Below, in pieces: positions 1 to 13,700 of a stretch of DNA of 64,000 nt. Below the pieces are notes generated by a model. That model worked only from the letters and a program-made list of their open reading frames with translations. It was not told where the DNA came from and did no database searches. How positions within the stretch are numbered: position 1 is the stretch's first letter; every line of letters starts with the position of its first letter. Source of the DNA: the human T2T-CHM13v2.0 reference genome, Homo sapiens. The stretch lies in assembly GCF_009914755.1 (NCBI RefSeq), contig NC_060927.1. One strand, written 5' to 3'. The position numbers were made by a program, and so were the translations under genes.

Positions 1-3000
1 AAACTGTATATTATATACTGTAGATAAAATATCAAAGTACCCAAGGTATATATTCTATACTGTAAAAAAATATCAAAGTACCCAAACATGTATTATATAC
101 TGTACATAAAATATGAAAGTACATCAAATATATATTTTATTCTGTACATAAAATAACAAAGTACACCAGATATATATTTTATAGTGTACATAAAATATGA
201 AATTACCCAAACTATACATTACATACTGTACATAAAATATGGAATTACATCAAATATATATTATATTAGGTGCATAAAATATGAAAGTACATCAAATATA
301 GATTATATACCATACATAAAATATAAAGGAACCCCAAATATATATGATATACTGTACATGAAATATCAAAGTTCACAAACTATATATTATATACTGTAGA
401 TAAAATATCAAAGTACCCAAGGTATATATTCTATACTGTAAAAAAAATATCAAAGTACCCAAAGCATGTATTAGATACTGTACATAAAATATGAAAGCAC
501 ATCAAATATATATTATATTAGGTACATAAAATATGAAAGTACATAAAATATAGATGATATACTGTACATAAAATATCAAAGTAGCCCAAATATATATTAT
601 ACAGTGTACATGAAATATCAAAATTTACAAAATATATATTATATAATGTACATAAAATATCAAAGTACCCAAAGCAAGTATTATATACTGTACATAAAAG
701 ATGAAAGTACATGAAATATATATTTTATTCTGTACATAAAATATCAAAGTACACCAGATATATATTTTATAGTGTACATAAAATATCAAGGTACCCAAAC
801 TATACATTATATACTGTACATAAAATATGGAATTACATCAAATATATATTATATTAGGTACGTAAAATATGAAAGTACATCAAATATAGATTATACACCA
901 TACATAAAATATAAAGGAACCCCAAATATATACGATATACTGTACATGAAATATCAAACTTCACAAAATATATATTATATACTGTAGATAAAATATCAAA
1001 GTACCCAAGGTATATATTCTATACTGTAAAAAAAATATCAAAGTACCCAAAGCATGTATTATATACTGTACATAAAATATGAAAGCACATCAAATATATA
1101 TTATATTAGGTACATAAAACATGAAAGTACATAAAATATAGATGATATACTGTACATAAAATACCAAAGTAGCCCAAATATATATTATACAGTGTACATG
1201 AAATATCAAAATTTACAAAATATATATTATATAATGTACTTAAAATATCAAATACCCAAAGCAAGTATTATATACTGTACATAAGAGATGAAAGTACATC
1301 AAATATATATTTTATTCTGTACATAAAATATCAAAGTACACCAGATATATATTTTATAGTGTACATAAAATATCAAAGTACCCAAACTATACATTACATA
1401 CTGTACATAAAATATGAAAGAACATCAAATATATATTATATTAGGTACGTAAAATATGAAAGTACATCAAATATAGATTATATACAGTACATAATATATA
1501 AAAGAACCCCAACTATATATTATCTACTGTACATGAAATATCTAAATACACAAACTATATATTATACACTGTACATAAAATATCAAAGTACCCAAGGTAT
1601 ATATTCTATACTGTACAAAAAATATCAAAGTACCCAAAGCATGTATTATATACTGTACATAAAATATGAAAGTACACCAAATATATATTATATTAGGTAC
1701 GTAAAATATGAAAGTACATCAAATATAGATTATATACCATACATAAAATATAAAGCAACCCCAAATATATACGATATATTGTACATGAAATATCAAAGTT
1801 CACAAACTATATATTATATACTGTAGATAAAATATCAAAGTACCCAAGGTATATATTCTATACTGTAAACAAAATATCAAAGTACCCAAAGCATGTATTA
1901 TATACTGTACATAAAATATGAAAGTACATCAAATATATATTTTATTCTGCACATAAAATAACAAAGTACACCAGATATATATTTTATAGTGTACATAAAA
2001 TATGAAATTACCCAAACTATACATTACATACTGTACATAAAATATGGAATTACATCAAATATATATTATATTAGGTACGTAAAATATGAAAGTACATCAA
2101 ATATAGATTATATACCATACATAAAATATAAAGGAACCCCAAATATATATGATATACTGTACATTAAATATCAAAGTTCACAAACTATATATTATATACT
2201 GTAGATAAAATATCAAAGTACCCAAGGTATATATTCTATACTGTAAAAAAAATATCAAAGTACCCAAAGCATGTATTATATACTGTACATAAAATATGAA
2301 AGCACATCAAATATATATTATATTAGGTACATAAAATATGAAAGTACATAAAATATAGATGATATACTGTACATAAAATATCAAAGTAGCCCAAATATAT
2401 ATTATACAGTGTACATGAAATATCAAAATTTACAAAATATATATTATATAATGTACATAAAATATCAAAGTACCCAAAGCAAGTATTATATACTGTACAT
2501 AAAAGATGAAAGTACATCAAATATATATTTTATTCTGTACATAAAATATCAAAGTACACCAGATATATATTTTATAGTGTACATAAAATATCAATGTACC
2601 CAAACTATACATTACACACTGTACATAAAATATGAAATTACATCAAATATATATTATATTAGGTACGTAAAATATGAAAGTACATCAAATATAGATTATA
2701 TACTCTACATAATATATAAAAGAACCCCAACTATATATTATATACTGTACATGAAATATCAAAATACACAAACTATATATTATATACTGTAGATAAAATA
2801 TCAAAGTACCCAAGGTATATATTCTATACTGTACAAAAAATATCAAAGTACCCAAAGCATGTATTATATACTGTACATAAAATATGAAAGTACATCAAAT
2901 ATATATTTTATTCTGTACATAAAATAACAAAGTACACCAGATGTATATTTTATAGTGTACATAAAATATGAAATTACCCAAACTATACATTACATACTGT

Positions 3001-6000
3001 ACATAAAATATGGAATTACATCAAATATATATTATATTAGGTACGTAAAATATGAAAGTACATCAAATATAGATTATATACCATACATAAAATATAAAGG
3101 AACCCCAAATATATATGATATACTGTACATGAAATATCAAAGTTCACAAACTATATATTATATACTGTAGATAAAATATCAAAGTACCCAAGGTATATAT
3201 TCTATACTGTAAAAAAAATATCAAAGTACCCAAAGCATGTATTATATACTGTACATGAAATATGAAAGCACATCAAATATATATTATATTAGGTACATAA
3301 AATATGAAAGTACATAAAATATAGATGATATACTGTACATAAAATATCAAAGTAGCCCAAATATATATTATACAGTGTACAAGAAATATCAAAATTTACA
3401 AAATATATATTATATAATGTACATAAAATATCAAAGTACCCAAAGCAAGTATTATATACTGTACATAAAAGATGAATGTACATGAAATATATATTTTATT
3501 CTGTACATAAAATATCAAAGTACACCAGATATATATTTTATAGTGTACATAAAATATCAAGGAACCCAAACTATACATTATATACTGTACATAAAATATG
3601 GAATTACATCAAATATATATATTATTAGGTACGTAAAATATGAAAGTACATCAAATATAGATTATATACCATACATAAAATATAAAGGAACCCCAAATAT
3701 ATATGATATACTGTACATGAAATATCAAAGTTCACAAACTATATATTATATACTGTAGATAAAATATCAAAGTACCCAAGGTATATATTTTATACTGTAA
3801 AAAAAATATCAAAGTACCCAAAGCATGTATTATATACTGTACTTAAAATATGAAAGTACATCAAATATATATTTTATTCTGTACATAAAATAACAAAGTA
3901 CACCAGATATATATTTTATAGTGTACATAAAATATGAAATTACCCAAACTATACATTACATACTGTACATAAAATATGGAATTACATCAAATATATATTA
4001 TATTAGGTACGTAAAATATGAAAGTACATCAAATATAGATTAGATACCATACATAAAATATAAAGGATCCCAAAATATATATGATATTCTGTACATGAAA
4101 TATCAAAGTTCACAAACTATATATTATATACTGTAGATAAAATATCAAAGTACCCAAGGTATATATTCTATACTGTAAAAAAAATATCAAAGTACCCAAA
4201 GCATGTATTATATACTGTACATAAAATATGAAAGCACATCAAATATATATTATATTAGGTACATAAAATATGAAAGTACATAAAATATAGATGATATACT
4301 GTACATAAAATATCAAAGTAGCCCAAATATATATTATACAGTGTACATAAAATATCAAAATTTACAAAATATATATTATATAATGTACATAAAATATCAA
4401 AGTACCCAAAGCAAGTATTATATACTGTACATAAAAGATGAAAGTACATCAAATATATATTTTATTCTGTACATAAAATATCAAAGTACACCAGATATAT
4501 ATTTTATAGTGTACATAAAATATCAAGGTACCCAAACTATACATTATATACTGTAGATAAAATATGGAATTACATCAAATATATATTATATTAGGTACGT
4601 AAAATATGTAAGTACATCAAATATAGATTATATACCATACATAAAATATAAAGGAACCCCAAATATATATGATATACTGTACATGAAATATCAAAGTTCA
4701 CAAACTATATATTATATACTGTAGATAAAATATCAAAGTACCCAAGGTATATATTCTATACTGTAAAAAAAATATCAAAGTACCCAAAGCATGTATTATA
4801 TACTGTACATAAAATATGAAAGCACATCAAATATATATTATATTAGGTACATAAAATATGAAAGTACATAAAATATAGATGATATACTGTACATAAAATA
4901 TCAAAGTAGCCCAAATATATATTATACAGTGTACATGAAATATCAAAATTTACAAAATATATATTATATAATGTACATAAAATATCAAAGTACCCAAAGC
5001 AAGTATTATATACTGTACATAAAAGATGAAAGTACATCAAATATATATTTTATTCTGTACATAAAATATCAAAGTACACCAGATATATATTTTATAGTGT
5101 ACATAAAATATCAAGGTACCCAAACTATACATTATATACTGTACATAAAATATGAAATTACATCAAATATATATTATATTAGGTACGTAAAATATGAAAG
5201 TACATCAAATATAGATTATATACTGTACATAATATATAAAAGAACCCCAACTATATATTATATACTGTACATGAAATATCAAAATACACAAACTATATAT
5301 TATATACTGTACATAAAATATCAAAGTACCCAAGGTATATATTCTATACTGTACAAAAAATATCAAAGTACCCAAAGCATGTATTATATACTGTACATAA
5401 AATATGAAAGTACATCAAATATATATTTTATTCTGTATATAAAATAACAAAGTACACCAGATATATATTTTATAGTGTACATAAAATATGAAATTACCCA
5501 AACTATACATTACATACTGTACATAAAATATGGAATTACATCAAATATATATTATATTAGGTACGTAAAATATGAAAGTACATCAAATATAGATTATATA
5601 CCATACATAAAATATAAAGGAACCCCAAATATATATGATATACTGTACATGAAATATCAAAGTTCACAAACTATATATTATATACTGTAGATAAAATATC
5701 AAAGTACCCAAGGTATATATTCTATAGTGTACAAAAAATATCAAAGTACCCAAAGCAAGTATTATATACTGTACATAAAATATGAAAGTACATCAAATAT
5801 ATATTTTATACTCTACATAAAATAACAAAGTACACCAGATATATATTTTATAGTGTACATAAAATATGAAATTACCCAAACTATACATTACATACTGTAC
5901 ATAAAATATGGAATTACATCAAATATATATTACATTAGGTACGTAAAATATGAAAGTACATCAAATATAGATTATATACCATACATAAAATATAAAGGAT

Positions 6001-7620
6001 CCCAAAATATATATGATATTCTGTACATGAAATATCAAAGTTCACAAACTATATATTATATACTGTAGATAAAATATCAAAGTACCCAAGGTATATATTC
6101 TATACTGTAAAAAAAATATCAAAGTACCCAAAGCATGTATTATATACTGTACATAAAATATGAAAGCACATCAAATATATATTATATTAGGTACATAAAA
6201 TATGAAAGTACATAAAATATAGATGATATACTGTACATAAAATATCAAAGTAGCCCAAATATATATTATACAGTGTACATAAAATATCAAAATTTACAAA
6301 ATATATATTATATAATGTACATAAAATATCAAAGTACCCAAAGCAAGTATTATATACTGTACATAAAAGATGAAAGTACATCAAATATATATTTTATTCT
6401 GTACATAAAATATCAAAGTACACCAGATATATATTTTATAGCGTACATAAAATATCAAGGTACCCAAACTATACATTATATACTGTAGATAAAATATGGA
6501 ATTACATCAAATATATATTATATTAGGTACGTAAAATATGTAAGTACATCAAATATAGATTATATACCATACATAAAATATAAAGGAACCCCAAATATAT
6601 TTGATATACTGTACATGAAATATCAAAGTTCACAAACTATATATTATATACGGTAGATAAAATATCAAAGTACCCAAGGTATATATTCTATACTGTAAAA
6701 AAAATATCAAAGTACCCAAAGCATGTATTATATACTGTACATAAAATATGAAAGCACATCAAATATATATTATATTAGGTACATAAAATATGAAAGTACA
6801 TAAAATATAGATGATATACTGTACATAAAATATCAAAGTAGCCCAAATATATATTATACAGTGTACATGAAATATCAAAATTTACAAAATATATGTTATA
6901 TAATGTACATAAAATATCAAAGTACCCAAAGCAAGTATTATATACTGTACATAAAAGATGAAAGTACATCAAATATATATTTTATTCTGTACATAAAATA
7001 TCAAAGTACACCAGATATATATTTTATAGTGTACATAAAATATCAAGGTACCCAAACTATACATTATATACTGTACATAAAATATGAAATTACATCAAAT
7101 ATATATTATATTAGGTACGTAAAATATGAAAGTACATCAAATATAGATTATATACTGTACATAATATATAAAAGAACCCCAACTATATATTATATACTGT
7201 ACATGAAATATCAAAATACACAAACTATATATTATATACTGTACATAAAATATCAAAGTACCCAAGGTATATATTCTATACTGTACAAAAAATATCAAAG
7301 TACCCAAATCATGTATTATATACTGCACATAAAATATGAAAGTACATCAAATATATATTTTATTCTGTACATAAAATAACAAAGTACACCAGATATATAT
7401 TTTATAGTGTACATAAAATATGAAATTACCCAAACTATACATTACATACTGTACATAAAATATGGAATTACATCAAATATATATTATATTAGGTACGTAA
7501 AATATGAAAGTACATCAAATATAGATTATATACCATACATAATATATAAAGGAACCCCAAATATATATGATATACTGTACATGAAATATCAAAGTTCACA
7601 AACTATATATTATATACTGT
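1..7620 (+). repeat. Domain A: haplotype built from a 588-bp 14-mer plus 378-bp units, with a 1932-bp (46-mer) tandem duplication
   Basis: Diagnostic variants TGTAGATAA, TATGGAATTAC, CCATACATAAAATATAAAGGAACCCC, GATGATATAC, GTAGCCC. GTAGCCC occurs at 581, 1169, 2386, 3352, 4318, 4906, 6250, 6838 (spacings 588, 1217, 966, 966, 588, 1344, 588). GGATCC occurs at 4065 and 5997 (1932 apart). Boundaries are approximate. Confidence 0.88.
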
Positions 7621-10600
7621 ACATAAAATATCAATGTACCCAAGGTATATATTCTATAGTGTACAAAAAATATCAAAGTACCCAAAGCATGTATTATATA
7701 CTGTACATAAAATATGAAAGTACATCAAATATATATTTTATTCTGTACATAAAATATCAAAGTACACGCAATATATATTCTATACTGTACATAAAATATA
7801 AAAGTACCCAAACTATACATTACATCCTTTACATAAAAGATGAGTTTACATCAAAAATATATTATATTAGGTACGTAAAATATGAAAGTACATCAAATAT
7901 AGATTATATGCTGTACATAAAATACCAAAGTACCCCAAATATATATTTTATACTGTACATGAAATATCAAAGTTCTCAAACTATATATTATATACTGTAC
8001 ATAAAATATCCAAGTACCCAAGGTATATATTCTATACTGTACAAAAAATATCAAAGTACCCAAAGCATGTATTATATGCTGTACATAAAATATGAAAGTA
8101 CATCAAATATATATTTTATTCTGTACATAAAATATCAAAGTACACCAAATATATATTCTATACTGTACATAAAATATCAAAATACCCAAACTATACAGTA
8201 TATACTGTACATAAAATATGAAATTACATCAAATATATATTATATTAGGTACATAAAATATGAAAGTACATCAAATATAGATTATATACTGTACATAAAA
8301 TATCAAAGTACCCAAATATATTTTATATACTGTACATGAAATATCAAAGTTCACAAACTATATATTATATACTGTACATAAAATATCAAAGTACCCAAGG
8401 TATATATTCTATACTGTACAAAAAATATCAAAGTACCCAAAGCATGTATTATATACTGTACATAAAATATGAAAGTACATCAAATATATATTTGATTCTG
8501 TACATAAAATAACAAAGTACACCAGATACATATTTTATAGTGTACATAAATTATCAAAGTACCCAAACTATACATTACATGCTGTACATAAAATATGAAA
8601 TGATATCAAATATATATTATATTAGGAACATAAAATATGAAAGTACAACAAATATAGATTATTAACTGTACATAAAATATCAAAGAACCCCAAATATATA
8701 TTATATACTGTACATGAGATATCAAACTTCACAAACTATATATTATATAGTGTACATAAAATATCAAAGTACCCAAGGTATATATTCTATACTGTAAAAA
8801 AAATATCAAAGTACCCAAAGCATGTATTATATACTGTACATAAAAGATGAAAGTACATCAAATATATATTTTATTCTGTACATAAAATATCAATGTACAC
8901 CAGATATATATTTTATAGTGTACATAAAATATCAATGTACCCAAACTATACATTATATACTGTACATGAAATATGAAATTACATCAAATATATATTATAT
9001 TAGGTACCTAAAATATGAAAGTACATCAAATATAGATTATTAACTGTACATAAAATATCAAAGAACCCCAAATATATATTATATACTGTACATGAAATAT
9101 CAAAGTTCACAAACTATATATTATATACTGTACATAAAATATCAAAGTACCCAAGGTATATATTCTATACTATACAAAAAATATCAAAGTACCCAAAGCA
9201 TGTATTATATACTGTACATAAAATATGAAAGTACATCAAATATATATTTTATTCTGTACATAAAATATCAAAGTACACCACATATATAATTTATTGTGTA
9301 CATAAAATATCAAAGTACACAAACTATACATTATATACTGTACATAAAATATGAAATTACATCAAATATATATTATATTATGTACATAAAATATGAAAGT
9401 ACATCAAATATAGATTATTAACTGTACATAAAATATCAAAGTACCCCAAATATATATTATATAGTGTACATGAAATATCAAAGTTCACAAACTATATATT
9501 ATATACTGTACATAAAATATCAAAGTACCCAAGGTATATATTCTATACTGTACAAAAAATATCAAAGTACCCTAAGCATGTATTATATACTGTACATAAA
9601 ATATGAAAGTACATCAAATATATATTTTATTCTGTACATAAAATATCAAAGTACACCACATATATATTTTATAGTGTACATAAAATATCAAAGTACCCAA
9701 ACTATACATTATATACTGTACATAAAATATGAAATTACATCAAATATATATTATATTAGGTACATAAAATATGAAAGTACATAAAATATAGATGATATAC
9801 TGTACATAAAATATCAAAGTAGCCCAAATATATATTATACAGTGTACATGAAATATCAAAATTTACAAAATATATATTATATAATGTACATAAAATATCA
9901 AAGTAACCAAAGCAAGTATTATATACTGTACATAAAACATGAAAGTACATCAAATATATATTTTATTCTGTACCTAAAATATCAAAGTACACCAGATATA
10001 TATTCTATAGTGTACATAAAATATAAAAGTACTCAAACTATACATTATATACTGTACATAAAATATGAAATTACATCAAATATATATTATATTAGGTACG
10101 TAAAATATGAAAGTACATCAAATATAGATTATATATTGTGCATAAAATATAAAAGTACCCCAAATATATATTATATAATGTACATGAAATATCAAAATAC
10201 ACAAACTATATATTATATACTGTACATAATATATCAAAGTACCCAAGGTATATGTTCTATGCTGTACAAAAAATATCAAAGTACCCAAACCATGTATTAT
10301 ATACTGTACATAAAATATGAAATTACAACAAATATATATTTTATTCTGTACATAAAATATCAAAGTACATCAGATATATATTTTATAGTGTACATAAAAT
10401 ATCAAATTACCGAAACTATACATTATATCGTGTACATAAAATATGAAATTACATCAAATATATATTATATTAGGTACGTAAAATATGAAAGTACATCAAA
10501 TATAGATTATTAACTGTACATAAAATATCAAAGTACCCCAAATATATATTATATACTGTACATGAAATATCAAATTTCACAAACTATATATTATATACTG

Positions 10601-10780
10601 TAGATAAAATATCAAAGTACCCAAGGTATATATTCTATACTGTACAAAAAATATCAAAGTACCCAAAGCATGTATTATATACGGTATGTAAAATATGAAA
10701 TTACATCAGATGTATATTTTATTCTGTACATAAAATATCAAAGTACACCAGATATATATTCTATAGTGTACATAAAATAA
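7620..10780 (+). repeat. Transition zone: more diverged 9-mers, then GATTATTAAC-type 9-mers and one 8-mer
   Basis: 7740-8330 has m9 ending TTCTATACTG, as in the diverged block at 59.6-60.0 kb. 8650-10520 carries ATAGATTATTAACTG. An 8-mer lacking m6 with the GTAGCCC tag lies at about 9680-10015. Confidence 0.7.
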
Positions 10781-13700
10781 CAAAGTACACAAACTATAAA
10801 TTATATACTGTACATAAAATACGAAATTACATCAAATATATATTAGGTACATAAAATATGAAAGTACATCAAATATAGATTATATACTGTACATAAAATA
10901 TCAATGTACCCCAAATATATATTATATACTCTACAGGAAATATCAAAGTTCACAAACCGTATATTATATACTGTACATAAAATATCAAAGTACCCAAGGT
11001 ATATATTCTATACTGTACAAAAAATATCAAAGTACCCAAAGCATGTATTATATACTGTATATAAAATATGATAGTACATCAAATATATATTTTATTCTGT
11101 ACATAAAATATCAAAGTACACCAGATATATATTCTATAGTGTACATAAAATAACAAAGTACACAAACTATAAATTATATACTGTACATAAAATATGAAAT
11201 TACATCAAATATATATTAGGTACATAAAATATGAAAGTACATCAAATATAGATTATATACTGTACATAAAATATCAAAGTAACCCAAATATATATTATAT
11301 ACTGTACATGAAATATCAAAGTTCACAAACTATATATTATATACTGTACATAAAATATCAAAGTACCCAAGGTATATATTCTATACTGTACAAAAAATAT
11401 CAAAGTACCCAAAGCATGTATTATATACTGTACATAAAATATGAAAGTACATCAAATATATATTTTATTCTGTACATAAAATATCAAAGTACACCAGATA
11501 TATATTCTATAGTGTACATAAAATATCAAAGTACCCAAAGTATACATTATATACTGTACATAAAATATGAAATTACATCAAATAAATATTATATTAGGTA
11601 CATAAAATATGAAAGTACATCAAATATAGATTATATACTGTACATTAAATACCAAAGTACCCCAAATATATATTTTATACTGTACATGAAATATCAAAGT
11701 TCACAAACTATATATTATATACTGTACATAAAATATCAAAGTACCCAAGGTATATATTCTATACTGTACAAAAAATATCAAAGTACCCAAAGCATGTATT
11801 ATAAACTGTACATAAAATATGAAAGTACATCAACTATATATTTTATTCTGTACATAAAATATCAAAGTACACCAGAGATATATTCTATAGTGTACATAAA
11901 ATATCAAAGTACCCAAACTATACATTATATACTGTACATAAAATATGAAATAACATCAAATATATATTATATTAGGTACATAAAATATGAAAGTACATCA
12001 AATATAGATTATATACTGTACATAAAATATCAAAGTACCCAAATATATATTATATGCTCTACAGGAAATATCAAAGTTCACACACTATATATTATATACT
12101 GTACATAAAATATCAAAGTACCCAAGTATATATTCTATACTGTACAAAAAATATCAAAGTACCCAAAGCATGTATTATATACTGTATGTAAAATATGAAA
12201 TTACATCAAATATATATTTTATTCTGTACATAAAATATCAAAGTACACCAGATATATATTCTATAGTGTACATAAAATAACAAAGTACACAAACTATAAA
12301 TTATATACTGTACATAAAATATGAAATTACATCAAATATATATTAGGTACATAAAATATGAAAGTAAATCAAATATAGATTATATACTGTACATAAAATA
12401 TCAATGTACCCCAAATATATATTATGTACTCTACAGGAAATATCAAAGTTCACAAACCATATATTATATACTGTACAAAAAATATCAAAGTACCCAAGGT
12501 ATATATTCTATACAGTACAAAAAATATCAAAGTACCCAAAGCATGTATTATATACTGTATATAAAATATGAAAGTACATCAAATATATATTTTATTCTGT
12601 ACATAAAATATCAAAGTACACCAGATATATATTCTGTAGTGTACATAAAATAACAAAGTACACAAACTATAAATTATATACTGTACATAAAATATGAAAT
12701 TACATCAAATATATATTAGGTACATAAAATATGAAAGTACATCAAATATAGATTATATACTGTACATAAAATATCAAAGTACCCCAAATATATATTATAT
12801 ACTGTACATGAAATATCAAAGCTCACAAACTATATATTATATAATGTACATAAAATATCAAAGTACCCAAGGTATATATTCTATACTGTACAAAAAATAT
12901 CAAAGTACCCAAAGCATGTATTATATACTGTACATAAAATATGAAAGTACATCAAATATATATTTTATTCTGTACATAAAATATCAAAGTACACCAGATA
13001 TATATTCTAAGGTGTACATAAAATATCAAAGTACCCAAACTATACATTATATACTGTACATAAAATATGAAATTATATCAAATATGTATTATATTAGGTA
13101 CATAAAATATGAAAGTACATCATATATAGATTATATACTGTACATTAAATACCAAAGTACCCCAAATATATATTTTATACTGTACATGAAATATCAAAGT
13201 TCACAAACTATATATTATATACTGTACATAAAATATCAAAGTACCCAAGGTATATATTCTATACTTTACAAAAAATATCAAAGTACCCAAAGCATGTATT
13301 ATATACTGTACATAAAATATGAAAGTACATCAAATATATATTTTATTCTGTACATAAAATATCAAAGTACACCAGATATATATTCTATAGTGTACATAAA
13401 ATATCAAAGTACCCAAACTATACATTATATACTGTACATAAAATATGAAATTACATCAAATATATATTATATTAGGTACATAAAATATGAAAGTACATCA
13501 AATATAGATTATATACTGTACATTAAATACCAAAGTACCCCAAATATATATTTTATACTGTACATGAAATATCAAAGTTCACAAACTATATATTATATAC
13601 TGTACATAAAATATCAAAGTACCCAAGGTATATATTCTATACTGTACAAAAAATATCAAAGTACCCAAAGCATGTATTATAAACTGTACATAAAATATGA

